Shown here: piece by piece, positions 49,032-62,821 of the stretch
How the letters are laid out: the number at the start of each line of letters is the position of its first letter
Numbering within the stretch: position 1 is the first letter of the stretch
Assembly: GCF_006345805.1 (NCBI RefSeq)
Contig: NC_043004.1
Coordinates: 92,504,001 to 92,568,000, forward strand
Length of the DNA stretch: 64,000 nucleotides
Direction of reading: 5' to 3'
From: Octopus sinensis
Taxonomy: Eukaryota
Notes under the pieces: generated by a model
What the model was told of the DNA's origin: nothing
Databases searched by the model: none
The model's input: only the letters and a program-made list of their open reading frames with translations
Position numbers and translations under genes: made by a program

Positions 49032-49624
49032 GTCATTATTCAGTTTTATTCAAGACTTCTTGCCAATAAAGAGCCTGCTTCTAACCTAGATCCAAGGCTC
49101 CTTCATTGCAATTTCAACATCAACGGAGCATTTCTGCATGCATGTATGCATGTATGCATCTATGTATGCATGCATGTATGTATGTATGTATGTATGTATG
49201 TATGTATGTAGGTAGGTAGGTAGGTAGGTAGGTAAATAGGTAGGTAGGAAGGTAGGTAGGTATGTAGGTAGGTAGGTAGGTAGGTAGAAAGGTAGGTATG
49301 TAGAAAGGTAGGTAGGTAGGTAGGTAGGTAGGTAGGTAGGTAGGTAGGTAGGTAGGTAGGTAGGTAGGTAGGTATAAGTAAGTGTGAATGTATATAAGTA
49401 TGTATGTATATGTGCAGATTTGCATGTTTTGTTTTATGTATATCTTCTTTTGCATATACTTGTATATTTAGACATTTTTCATTTTTACTTAAATAATAAA
49501 CTTTCGGAAAGTTTTACAGATCTGTACAGTTCCAGAGATGGCATGGATCTGTAGTTTTCCAATCAGCTTTCTCCTTTCTGGTTTTGAAAAGCCTAATTTT
49601 CTCAAGATTGGTATTTAGGCAGTA
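49032..49624 (-). mobile_element. R4/Dong-type RLE LINE family 1, 3' fragment with internal (TATG)n/(TAGG)n expansion
   Basis: Matches 52652-53030. Confidence 0.85.
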
Positions 49625-49778
49625 TGCACATACTAGAAACGCTACATATACGTTTACGGTAAGAGAGAAAGAATCGTAAAAACAGAGTAGGAGAAAATGC
49701 AGGAGGAGAAGGCTAAGGAGGAGCAAACACAGACTAATTACTGAAACTCAAATTTTGCAGGCATGGGTTTTCGATGTG

Positions 49779-50125
49779 AAGCAGCATGGCTCAGTGGTTA
49801 GAGCGTCGGATTCACAATCAGGAAGTAGTGACTTCGATTCACGGACCGGACTGTGTGTGTGGTGTTCTTGAGCAAGACAATTTATTTCACGTTGCACCAG
49901 TTCAATCAACTGTAGAAATGAGTTGTGGCGTCATTGGTGTCAAGCTTTATCGGCCCTTGCCCTTCCCTTGGATAACTTCAATGGCGTGGAGAGGGAAGGC
50001 TGGTATGCATGGGGGACTGCTGGCCTTCCATAAACAATCTGGCTCGCACATGTGCCTCATGAGTGGGGGGCACTTTTTAGGTGCAATTCCATGATCATTC
50101 ATCGCCGAAGGGAGTCTTTATTCTA
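49779..50125 (+). mobile_element. SINE group C (tail type 2)
   Basis: A-box TGGCTCAGTGG, ACTTCGATTC, TTCTTGAGCAAGAC; same tail as 9443-9663. Confidence 0.85.
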
Positions 50126-50689
50126 TAGATTTTCGATGAAATAGATTGTTGTTATGTTAGTAAAATTTAGAAAAAAATAATAACGTATATTCATTCCAAA
50201 TATTCAAATGAGAAATTTAATTTCTTTAATTTCATTTTAAAGTAGTAGATATTTTTTCTTTTACAAAATTAGTATTCATTTCATCATTTTGCATAAGCAG
50301 CAAGAAATTTAGAAATATTAAATTATATTATTGTAAATATGCCATATCTCCTAATAAATACCCTTAGTGGCAAAAGAATAGTTCGAAAGTTACTCATCAT
50401 ATGACAGGTAACATTCTAGTATATATATGTGTGTGTGTGTGTGTTCGGGTGTGTATGTGTCTGCATGCGTGTGTGTATGCATGTATGTATATATATTTTA
50501 TTTTATGCATTTATATATATATATGTATGTATATCGGTAATACAATGCACTAGCATCTTATTCAAACCAGTATAGATTTTGACGAATACCTATATTTCAA
50601 ATTTAATATCATTAAAAGAATTTCTATTCTGGCAAACTGCGGGGCATGAGATTCACAGAACCACATATACGTACTTACGCATCACAGAA

Positions 50690-50739
<50 letters not shown>

Positions 50740-51622
50740 ATGCGTATGTGTGTGTGTTTAAAGAAAGACAAAGAGAAGTACTAAGTTCGTGACTATATAG
50801 TTTAGCACGAGTTCGTTATGTTTATCTTCGTCCTGTTTTCAAATTGTATTAGAATTGAATTTTGCATTTCATCCCTTAGGATGGGGATCGATAAAATAAG
50901 TACCAAACAAATAATAGCATCGATTCAATTAAATTCATTCTTAAACTGGCAATTTCCATTTTTCACAACAAATTTAGTACACATGCATACATAAATGTGT
51001 GTGCATATGTGTATGTATGTGCGTGCATGAATGTGTGTGTGTGGTTGTGCATGTGTGTGTGTATATGTGTGTGTGTGTATGTGTGTGTGTAAGTGTGTGT
51101 GTTTGTGTTAGGCAATCAGTTAGCAGAGATGCTAATGTGTAAGATAGTCTGCATCATGGTATGTGTCACAGCATTTTCGAGTCTGACTTTCAATTATTCC
51201 GAATTCCACTTTTCCTTTCACGTGTTCAAGATCGATAAGTAAAGTCCCGGCTGTGAGTTTGTGTGTGTGTGGGGGGGGGTGAGTGGGTGGCTGGGTGTTT
51301 TACTTAGGCATGGTGATACTAATAACTTGACACTAGAACTCGGTATACGTGTACCTCACAATCAAGCCTTAGCGAGTAATGTGAAATTCAATGACACAAG
51401 AAGAGAAAAGTATACAATGAACATGCATACATACATATTATATGTATGTGGGGTGGGTATATGGGAAGGTAAGTATGTATGTCTGATTCTAGGGGAATGG
51501 CTTTGTGAACTAGCCTACGACTTTTAAGTCCAGATATTGTAAGAAGCGGTTGGGGTTGAAGATTATTAATTACCTGGGCATTTCAATGTTCATGTGACTT
51601 CATATGGTTCACAAATCTTGCT

Positions 51623-51980
51623 GGAGGCGCAATGGCCCAGTGGTTAGGGCAGCGGACTCGCGGTCGTAGGATCGCGGTTTCGATTCCCAGACCAGGCGTT
51701 GTGAGTGTTTATTGAGCGAAAACACCTATAGCTCCACGAGGCTCCGGCAGGGATGGTGGTGATCCCTGCTGTACTCTTTCACCACAACTTTCTCTCACTC
51801 TTACTTCCTGTTTCTGTTGTATCTGTATTTCAAAGGGCCGGCCTTGTCACTCTCTGTGTCACGCTGAATATCCCCGAGAACTATGGAGTACTCAGACACT
51901 TACACGTTAATTTCACGAGCAGGCTGTTCCGTTGATCGGACCAACCGGAACCCTCGTCGTCGTAACCGACGGAGTGCTTC
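51623..51980 (+). mobile_element. SINE group C variant (different head/core, tail type 1)
   Basis: A-box TGGCCCAGTGG, B-box GTTTCGATTCC; 3' half shared with 33218-33541. Confidence 0.9.
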
Positions 51981-52256
51981 CTGATATCTTGCTTTTAACA
52001 ACAAAACACGATCGCACAAAATACATATCCAATATTCACTATTGATTTCGGTCCCAATTGTTCCTTTACGACGAGCTCTTCGGAATCAGATTCCAAAGGG
52101 CAAAAATGTAGAAGAAACTTGAATGTCTGTGATTTGTATTTTAAATTCTGTCAGACAGCAGCTTGTCTCATCAACGGAGGCATTGGGTTGTGTGATGGGA
52201 TGTGATGTGATGTGACGTGTGTTGATGGGACGGTATAATCTGTCATGTATCATGAA

Positions 52257-52516
52257 AATTGTTCGAAAACTATTGTTCGAGAACAATTATTGGAAAATAA
52301 TTATTCGAAAACAATTATTCGAAAAACAGTTATTCGAATTTGTGTAGTTGATTTTTAATTTTATCATTTTTGTTTAAATAAAATAATAAATTTACAATAA
52401 TTAACATTTGGTATAATTGACCTTTTGAAAAGTTTTCATTCATGCAATTTTCCATTTGAATAAATGATTTTCGAATAATTCTTTTTGAATAATTGCTTTC
52501 GAACAATTATTTTCGT
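52257..52516. mobile_element. MITE-like element with inverted arrays of 14-bp subterminal repeats
   Basis: (AATTATTCGAAAAC)x~6 at 52257-52339 and the reverse-complement array (TTTTCGAATAATT) at 52468-52516; outer TIR/TSD not identified. Confidence 0.6.
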
Positions 52517-52541
52517 ACTGTGTTCACATAATCAACTGCCA

Positions 52542-52574
<33 letters not shown>

Positions 52575-52651
52575 TGTATGTATGTATGTATGTATGTATG
52601 TATGTATGTATGCATGTATGTATGTATGTATGTATGTATGTATGTATGTAT

Positions 52652-53612
52652 GTCATTATTCATTTTATTTCAAGATTTTTGCCAATAGAGAAAGAACCGA
52701 TTTCTAACCCAGATCCAAGGCTCCTTCATTGGAGTTTCAACATCAACAACAGGGTATGTATGTATGTGTGTATGTCTGTATGTATGTATATATGTATGTA
52801 TGTACGCATGTATGTATGTGCAGATTTGTATATTTTATGTATGTGTTCTCATGCATATAGTTGCATATCTATACATACTCATATATATTTAAATGATAAA
52901 CTTCTGGAAAGTTTTACAGATTTTTACAGTTCCAGTGATGAACTGGATCTGTAGTCTTCGATTAGCTTTCTCCTTTCTGCTTTTGAGAAGCCTAATTTCT
53001 CAAAATTGTTATATAGGCAGTGTCTTACATATCCCATGGCCCCAATAATGACAGGTATAAACCTGAACTTGTAATCTGGATAGAGTAACTGCAGATTTCT
53101 CAACAGTTCAGCATAGGTGTTCTCGTGTTCACTGATCTTCAGCTTTATATTAACTTCCGCTGAGCAGCTAATTTCCACAGCTGTGCACAGTTTCTCTTCT
53201 CTATCCCAAATCATTATATCAGGTCTGCTGTGCTTACATTTTATTGAGGTCTTCATTAGTACATTCCATCACTATTTCTTTTTATTATGAGTGGCTATGG
53301 CTTCTACCATATTATGGGTTCTTATTTCTTTGTCCTCGAGATTATCCTTCTGACGGATTTCATTATAGAGTGTCCTGTCCACAATGTCATGTCTCATCGG
53401 TAGATTATACCGTAATGACATTTTCGTACGACTGCTTACGATGTGGATGATATCTTCAGTATGAACTCCACAAAATCTACATCGGTTGTCACATTACACG
53501 GCTTTTCCAGCATCTCTATCCCTTTTGTGCCTCAGGTACTTGGTTGATATTTCCTGTCCTGGATTGCAAATGCATACCCCTCAAAGTGGGAGGTAGAGAT
53601 CCGGCTAATGTT
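52652..53612 (-). mobile_element. R4/Dong-type non-LTR retrotransposon family 1, 3' kilobase (CCHC knuckle plus restriction-like endonuclease)
   Basis: TSHFEGYAFAIQ, CRFCGVHTEDIIHIVS, RHDIV, HSRPDIMIWDREEK..EISC..IPVIIGAMG..GTVKICKTF; stops/frameshifts present; (ACAT)n tail. Confidence 0.92.
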
Positions 53613-53857
53613 TCATAATAAACTGTCAGGCATGTGGAAGAGAGTGTAATTCGGCAGGAGGACTTAAACGACATGCAAAGGTACATGAAGCCCAGTTACA
53701 ACTACAGCCAACTACTGCCAGTAAAGGTTTTAGCTGCCAATTTTGTACGAGACGTTGTAGATCTTTAGCTGGGCTAAAAAGTCACATTCGATCACAGCAC
53801 CAATAACAGTTAAGCTTCGTGCAATGGCCATACTCGATAACGAGGGGGCAGCCATCA
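53609..53857 (+). mobile_element. LINE 3' end (RTE-X-like) encoding two C2H2 zinc fingers
   Basis: Open frame 53609-53806: CQACGRECNSAGGLKRHAKVH..FSCQFCTRRCRSLAGLKSHIRSQH*; then a short 3' UTR ending GCCATCAT and (TATG)n. Confidence 0.75.
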
Positions 53858-54296
53858 TTTATGTATGTGTGTATGCATGTATGTATGTATGCATGCATGT
53901 ATGTATGTATGTATGTATGTATGTATGTATGTATGTATGTATGTATGTATGTATGTATGTATCAATGTATGTATGTATGTATGTATGTATGTATTTGTGT
54001 AGAATGTCGAATTTAGCTTAATTTGTGACGCGAGTTATACTCTACCGACGATTCTTAGGGAGGATGATGTACTACTATGCTCGGGCTACCAGCGCCTAAA
54101 ACCTTTAACAGTTTTATTTTATGTGAGGAAAAACTGAAATCAAAAGTCAAAAATGAATGTTCTTCAACTTTACTTTGCTTAACCAGCAAGAGATTCTCTT
54201 CCTTTTAATGGTTAATGACCACCAGAAGCAAGCCATATAAATATATATTTACCATGTACATACATACATACATACATACATACATACATACATACA

Positions 54297-54327
<31 letters not shown>

Positions 54328-54454
54328 TTTGCGCAACTCATGTGTTGATATTGACTATTAACCATTTTAACTTATTTTCTCTGCGACACAACCAATCACT
54401 TATCACATGCTCTGTTCCTGCAAATTTTAATTTTATTATTATTACTATTGAAGA

Positions 54455-54905
54455 AGGCATCGAGCAAGCAGTATCGTTACCACACCGGACAGAATGCTTA
54501 GCAACATTTCGGCTGTTTTTATATTCTGTGCTAAAATTCTGCCGAGGTCCACTTTGCTTTTCATTCTTTTGGGATCGATAAAATAAATACCAACCATACT
54601 CTAGCGCCTTCCCACAAATTTCGGGTTTTGTGCCTTTATCAAAAAAAGACTATTATTAATATAGATGGTGACGAAGAGGTAGAATTGTGAGCACGCTGGA
54701 CAAAATGCTTAGCGGCATTTTTCCCGACTTGACGTTCTGAGTTCAAATTCCACCAACGTCGAATTTGCCTTTCATCCTTTCCGGATTGATAAAACAAGTA
54801 CCAGTGGAGCATTGAACTCAAATCGACGCAATTGAAATGTCACCCCCGACCCCATCCAGCCGAACACACCCACACAAAAGAAAAAAAATCAGGCCTTTTG
54901 CATGT
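54455..54905 (+). mobile_element. Two diverged SINE group A copies
   Basis: About 54455-54590 and 54665-54905; GAATGCTTAGC..TCTGAGTTCAAATTCC..TTTGCCTTTCATCC..GATAAAA..AAGTACCAG. Confidence 0.8.
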
Positions 54906-55274
54906 AGTACGAAGAATTATTATTACCATTACATTTTCAGTTTCCGAAAACTTTGGTTATGCATTCTAGTAACCTTGCCACATGAATACTTAAATTGAAC
55001 AAGAGTTCGCTCATGTACCAACCGTTTTAAGCTATCCATGCATGTGTGTAGTCGCGTGTTTGTTGTGATGGGCGTTCATATGTATATGTGTTTGTATAAG
55101 TGTGTGTGTGTGTGTGTATTCGTACGTGTGTTCATGCGCGTATGTATATGATATGCTTACAAGTGTATGTGCATGTCTGTGTTTACTCAGTATTTTAAAC
55201 TAACAAAAAAGATAGCAGAATCGCACAACAGGTGTTAAATTATAATTACTATTGTTGCTATTATGATTATTATT

Positions 55275-56077
55275 CTATGTTTGACTTTTGCTTTATATTT
55301 GTACAAGTTGGCTCCAAGTCTCACCCAGAGACCTCAAGAGACAACAGGTTGGAAGTTCGTGTTGTTGTTATGCCTAGTGTGCCATATATTTGGTTTTGTA
55401 TTTAGTGTTGTACTAGTGAATGTCTAAAAAAAAAGAAAAGAAAACGAAAACTTGAGATTACATAGAAAGTATTTTGCGTAGGATATGAGCAGTTCTCATG
55501 AGCACTATCTTTTGAATTTCTGCCATTTTGGGGTTTCCTGGTATCTAAGTTAGATACCTTTTGCTATCATTCCCAGGGCACCTGTGACAACAGGTATTGT
55601 TTTAGTCTTCAGGTTCCACATTTTGCTGATTTCTATTTCAAGATCTTTATATTTGCTCAGTTTTTGGTAGGTCTTGACAGATACGTTTATATCGATTGGG
55701 ACAGTCATATCAATGAGGAGGCATGTTCTTTGTTTGAAGTCTTTCAATATGATGTATGGCCTATTTGCATCTATCTTTCTGTCAGTTTGAATGGGGAAGT
55801 TCCAGAGGAGCGAGATGTGGTCACTTTCAATTTTTTTTTTGGGGGGGGGGGGGCAAATCCAGGTTTTTGCAGATTACTCAGTGAATATATTGTGCAGCTC
55901 TATCATGCCTGTTGAGATACTCTGTAGGCGCAAGAAGACTGCACTTGCAGACAACATGGTCAATGGATTCATTTTGTTGTTGACATACACGACATGTTGG
56001 GCTACTGCCGTTCTTTAATATGTTGGCCTGGTAGTTCCTTGTTGGTAGGCATTGATCTTGAGCTGCTATGATAAACC

Positions 56078-56080
<3 letters not shown>
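55275..56080 (-). mobile_element. R4/Dong-type RLE LINE family 2, 3' fragment
   Basis: EGFIIAAQDQCLPTRNY..CRVCQQQNESIDHVVCKC..RHDRAA; KDFKQRTCLLIDMTVPIDINVS..KYKDLEIEISKMW..IPVVTGALG; ends RTAHILRKILSM* (TAA at 55458-55460); (TTA)n-like flanks. Confidence 0.93.
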
Positions 56081-56134
<54 letters not shown>

Positions 56135-56139
56135 GATTG

Positions 56140-56545
56140 ATTGACAGGGCAGTGCATGCCATCAAAGTGACACTGGCGTAAAATATATGAAACCCACTAT
56201 ACCCATCATGACTACCCGTCTGATAAGGGTACATTAAGCACATGCATCGCAACCATATGTGCGCGACATGGTGATCTCATATCAAGATAAACAACACATG
56301 ACCTTGCAGGTGGGGCCCATTTAGAATTTTCTTCTGGTCGAGTAACCCATCCCGCTCAAAAGGTCCCTGAATAATGGTTGTTTAACGATGTTGAACGAAA
56401 CACCCATGTTTCCAAAGGTGAATTATCCAAGCCCCAGAGAATTCCTCTGAACACATGGCTATGATGCTCCCCCACTACTTCTGCTCGTGATCAGAGATGC
56501 ACATATAGTCAGCCACTAAGGGACATGCTCAACTGGTTAAGGCCA
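56140..56545 (-). mobile_element. Unclassified ~400-bp retroposon-like segment between (TTA)n arrays
   Basis: Complex sequence bounded on both sides by (TTA)n; the minus strand ends in an (AAT)n-like tail; recalled as an abundant octopus repeat (unverified). Confidence 0.45.
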
Positions 56546-56619
56546 ATTATTATCATTATTATTATTATTATTATTATCATCATTATTATTTTTTTAATTA
56601 TTATTATTATTATTATTAC

Positions 56620-56830
56620 AGTGAGCTGGCAAAATCATTAACACTCCGGGGCAGAATGCCTAGCGGCGTTTCGTCCGTCTTCACATTCTGAGCCTAAATT
56701 CCACCGAGGTCGACTTTGCCTTTCATCCTTTCAGAGCCGACAAAATGAATACTAGTGGAGCAATGAGATTGATGTAATCGATTTACCCCATTCCCGAAAT
56801 CGCTGGCCGTATGCTAAAATTTGAAATTAT
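56620..56830 (+). mobile_element. SINE group A copy
   Basis: GTGAGCTGGCA..GAATGCCTAGCGG..AATTCCACCGAGGTCGACTTTGCCTTTCATCCTTTC. Confidence 0.85.
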
Positions 56831-56924
56831 TGCTATAACTATTTTACTCCTACCACTATTTCTTCCTCCACCTTCTCTTCTCCTTATTCTCCTCTCCTTC
56901 CCTCTCTTTCCCCGAATCGATTGT

Positions 56925-57335
56925 TACTCTTTTACTCTTTACTTGTTTCAGTCATTTGACTGTGGCCATGCTGGAGTACCACCTTTTTAGTCGAGCAAAT
57001 CGACCCCAGGACTTATTCTTTGTAAGCCTAGTACTTATTCTATCGGTATCTTTTGCTGAACCGCTAAGTTTCGGAGACGTAAACACACCAGCATCGGTTG
57101 TCAAGCGATGTTGGGGGGACAAACACAGACACACAAACACATACACATAGATATATATATATACATATATACGACGGGCTTCTTTCAGTTTCCGTCTACG
57201 AGATCCACTCACAAGGCTTTGGTCGGCCCGAGGCTATAGTAGAAGGCACTCGCCCAAGGTGCCACGCAGTGGGACTGAACCCGGAACCATGTGGTTGGTA
57301 AGTAAGCTACTTACCACACAGCCACTCCTACACGT
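56925..57335 (-). mobile_element. SINE group B, full length
   Basis: Near-identical to 40093-40516. Confidence 0.95.
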
Positions 57336-58085
57336 ATAGAAATGGTTACGTCAGGTTTAAAATGGCGAGGTACTTTTTATGTCATCGCGGCACCCCCCTA
57401 CTATGCCAGAAAAAACGGGTATAAATATATAAAGTACCAAGTCAAGTACGGAAGTCGATATAATCGATCGTTCTCTCTATCAAAAATCAATCTATAGTAT
57501 TGTATTGAAATTGTTATTATTCTTTCTTGCTCGGTATTACTAAACATCACTTTGTTGGAGCAGCCATCCAGTGCGGTTATTGACCATGTGTGACGTATGT
57601 AGAACGCTGGTCGCTTATAGCCCGACCGTCGCCACTGCAGCATAAAGCGAATAAAGCGCATTAATGAGCAGCTCCCACTGCTGCTGAGGAATGCCTTAAA
57701 TGCTGCATTCATTGATTTGCTTCAAACATTAATGCTGTGGATCATCTCCTCCTCCCCGTCCTCCTCCACTTCCTCCTCCTCCTCCTCCTCCTCGTGTTCT
57801 CCTCGTCCCTCTCCTCTGCTACTAATTTCATCCAGCGATTTATTGTTTTAAATATACTGCTTATATAGACACAACAACAGATCATCCATCCATCCATCGG
57901 GCTGCTCAGTTCGCTAGAAATAACAGTCAAATATTCTCTAATCATACTCTGCTGTTTTAAAAAAAAAGATGACAATATCATCCGACAACAAAGCCTTCAA
58001 TACACACCAGAAATACGGGAGGGTCACTTCTGGAATACATTATTTGGTCATAGATCTGCTTAATCAAGACTGACCTACAGCTAAA

Positions 58086-58407
<322 letters not shown>

Positions 58408-59063
58408 TTCTTTGCAGAAATCTTTGACTGTGTTCAAAATCTAAATGATATGATATTCATCCACATGCATTTTAAATAAATCTCTTTACCTAAACACATA
58501 CAAACATACATACATACATATATACATATACATACGCCCTCTCTCCATCCCTGAATAATTGGAATACAGTCAATCAAGAGCACATCCAGCCTCTGGTTCA
58601 CACAAGTGCGTTGTCGCCTCCTCTCTACCTTTTCTGCAACAATCATGACGGTGTTTGCTCTTTGGATCAAGCTGGACTCAAGCTATCTCCGTTCAGATAC
58701 TACCGTTCCACTCGTTGCTCTTCCTCTCATCACTTTTGTTGCATCCAGCACCCTTCAACAACCCCTAATCACTGCATCTAGTCCTTCTTTCCCAAAACGT
58801 CAGCCTTCCCTCCTTATTTATATCTTCTACTCAACTGTTGGTTTGCAAAGGTTCAGGAGGAATATTAATGGCAAAAACTTCGCTGGTCTAAGAGTTCTTG
58901 CAAATACAGCGCTGCACTGTCCATTCATAGCCAAAACCCAGCATGTAAAAATGCACAATACACAGACATATATGCATACACACACATACATATACAAACT
59001 TACATTCATACATACTCGTATGTGTGAATATAAGCTTGTAAATATTCATGAGTATATCCATGA

Positions 59064-59103
<40 letters not shown>

Positions 59104-59685
59104 GCATACATGCATGCATACATACATATACACATACATGCATATATACATATATATATGTGTGTGTGAGAGAGTATATATATATACACATATATATACA
59201 AACATATGCATAGATGCGTAAATTCATATATACATGCACGTACAAACATCCATACTTGTATTTTTCCCATCTCTGATCAATGGCCGAAAGCTTTTCTCTC
59301 AGAAGTGGTAATGAAAGTCTTCAGTTTTTTTCGTTTTGATTCAGAATATCTAACAATTTTTTCTTCTTTTTTTGTGCCCTGAATATAGTATTTCTATGTA
59401 CATCATTCATATGACATTATTTTCTTGATGCTTTCATCTAGTAGAATAATTTACCTTTGTTGTTGGTAGATGTAATTATTTCATAATACTTCACAGAATA
59501 TAACAGAATACTAAACCTCTACTGGATTAAAACTTTCACACTATGCTTTGTATTGATGTCGAACAATAAATAATTATTTCTACACCTATCAAAAACCAAA
59601 ACATAAGGTAAAACTATTCCAGTAAATAAAAACATCATGAGAAAAATAAATAGTATCAGAAAAATATGTAATGATATGATATATA

Positions 59686-60510
59686 CGAGGAGGGCACCCA
59701 AAAGTAAACGGAAATGTTCTCTGTGGGGCAAACCCGTTGTAGTACAGGGTTCTGCCGCTAGAAGCCATTGATGCGACGGCGGTATCGAGTGTACTCGTAC
59801 TGTCATATACTGTGTCTTTGTTTTGCAGCGCTTCTCGCCTGTTAGTCAATTTTTGTGTTGAGAGAAACGAAAAGAAAAACGTACTTCCGTGAAATTCTGT
59901 TTACTGCTGAGGAAAACGGCGGCTTAAACAGTTGTCATGCTTCAAACAGCTTACAAGGACGCTGCCATGAACAAAACTCAAGTTTATGAGTAATTTCCAC
60001 GCTTTAGAAATGGTCACTTGTCGCTTGACGACCAACCTCCTTTAGGGCGACCGTCGACCTCCCGAACGAATAAAAACATCACGAACAATCATGAACTGAT
60101 CTTGAAGGACCGTCACCGAACAACTTGAGAACTTGATATGACTAGTGCGTTCTGGAGCTCCTAGTCATATCATATCTAGTTCTGGGGTGAGGAATTGCGA
60201 ATGAAAAGAGCTGCAGCAAATTTTATGCCTCGCTTGCTCACGGAAGATCAAAAGCAGTCACGACTGAATGCGTGTCGTGAACTGAAAGAACAATTGCAAG
60301 TTGATCCGGACGGACCTTTTTTGAAAGGCATCAGTGATGATGAAAGCTGGTGCTATGGAATTTATAGATGTGGAGGAGGTGAAGGAAAAAACGACGGAAG
60401 CGTTAAAAGGAATCACTTCGCAAGAGTTCCAGGACGGCTTCGAATAGTGGAAAACGAACCTGGACCGATGCATTGCTTCAGATGAAGAATACTTTGAGGG
60501 CGATAAAAAT
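59686..60510 (+). mobile_element. Mariner relic with internal deletion of the catalytic region
   Basis: TA|CGAGG..CCCAAAAGTAAACGGAA left end; VKFCL..KTAA..MLQTAYKDAAM..TQVYE..RFRNG..LDDQ..GRPSTS, NFMPRLLTEDQK, DDESWCYG, then jumps to the C-terminal EEVKEKTTEALK..F..WK..LDRCIAS..EYFEGD; right TIR not seen. Confidence 0.88.
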
Positions 60511-60694
60511 GTAAACATGTAGAACTAATGGAACAAAATAGGTGCCTACACATCCTAGGCGCCTACGAAACCTTAACTCATATGGAGTTGAGTTAAGCTA
60601 TTGTTAAAAGTATATGTAACTCCCACCAAATGTCTTGTATAACACTTTCGTTTGCCACTCACTTATACATACGCAAAACACCACTATATTGTGT

Positions 60695-60742
<48 letters not shown>

Positions 60743-61006
60743 TATATACGATGAATAGCTAACGCGAAAACCAATTAGTCGTTTCAGTCTCTTACCTGAT
60801 TATTTATTATTATTATTATTATTAAACTTATAATCATCAATAATAATGACCTTTTTGACTAGTAATACTCTAAATGTCTATATTTGTCACTACCTGTCAT
60901 AAATAGCCTTTTTATATCTACAATATGCATTTTCGTTGATTTTTTATATTTTAACCTTACATTTCCACGTGTATTTTTTTTTTCAAAACATATTTCTACT
61001 ATATAT

Positions 61007-61053
<47 letters not shown>

Positions 61054-61769
61054 ATTATATATATATATATATATACATTACAACGCACACACACGCACAC
61101 ACTCACATACACATGCAAGGAAGGTAGTATGCTAGTTATTATTGTTGTCTTTTAGTTCAAGGTTGACATTGGTCATGATCAAACAAACATAGGATAAAAC
61201 TCATTCTCAAAATAACACATCGTTGTTTTTCGTCCTAGTTTTATTGTTATCAACGATAGTATACCAGTACGCCATTACTGAATGCATCATCCCTCTTTAA
61301 ACATGATCCGGTGTGGTCCGAGACAAATTTCCCTACTATTTCTAGTAGGTCGAATGACCATATAGAAGTCCTCTTGATGCTTCGCGTAACAGGCCGTAGT
61401 GATTGCTATTGGCTTGTCGGTTTGCTACTGACAATGTAAAGCTAGTCAGAACCAGATTGCATCAGACGATTTTTAATACATCACATATCGCACTCAAAGA
61501 CGAAAGCTCGAACTTTTCATTGGTAGTTTGCAGCTAATAATAGAATATAAGATTCACACATACACACACACATATACATGCACACATATACATGCATATA
61601 CACACATACTTACGACATACATACATGCATGCATCCATACATACAGACAGACAGACAGACACACCCCTATACGTTGATAAAACAACAGCAACCACCGCAA
61701 CAAAAAAAACAAAAAATACAAACTGTAAAATTCTCTATAAATATTAATAGTGCTCTTTCGATCTCATTC

Positions 61770-61947
61770 CGTTAAAGTTTTATTATTATTATCATTATTA
61801 TTATTATTATTATTTTATTATTATTATTTATTATTATTATTCTTATTTATTAGTATTATTATTATTATTATCATTATATTATTATTATTATTATTATATT
61901 ATCATTTTATTATTATATTATTATTATTATTACTATTATTATTATTA

Positions 61948-61984
<37 letters not shown>

Positions 61985-62162
61985 CATTATTTTACTATTA
62001 TTATTTTATTATTATTATTATTATTATTATCATTTCTTTTTTTATTATCTTTTTAATTTTTGTTTCATTGCAATCTTTTTTTCTTTTGTTCAGATTGACT
62101 TTTCCATTTTCATGATCGTGATGATCATGATGTTGATGATGATGATCATGATGATAATGATG

Positions 62163-62213
<51 letters not shown>
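61770..62213. repeat. Degenerate (ATT)n, (ATG)n and (AAT)n arrays
   Basis: Direct reading. Confidence 0.95.
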
Positions 62214-62351
62214 TCAATTGATTGATCGATCGATAGCGGCTGGAATCCAAGCCGTTATTGTGTCTGATTCCTGTTTATGTTCTATACAAAATAACAAAAC
62301 GTGTAACCCAATAAGGTATACACAGACATTCTCACAGACACACACAGTCAT

Positions 62352-62396
<45 letters not shown>

Positions 62397-62517
62397 ATAT
62401 ATATATATATGTACACACACACACACTAACGTAGACGCTGATAGACACGGATGTAGGCACAAACAGTCTTATAAAGTTTAGTATGTACACAATGTTACGT
62501 GCGTATGTTTATGTCTA

Positions 62518-62582
<65 letters not shown>

Positions 62583-62780
62583 CTTGTACCTGTGTCTGGA
62601 TATACTTAGGTCATACATAAGTACGTATGCATGTATAATATGTATGTATGTATGTATGTATGTACAGCGGTAGTCTGAAAGAGAATTCATAAAATTTTGA
62701 AAAGTCATTAACCGATTATATATATGTGTGTTTATATATTCTTGCGCGTGTTTGTATACTGTGTGTGTTTGTGTGTTGTG

Positions 62781-62821
<41 letters not shown>

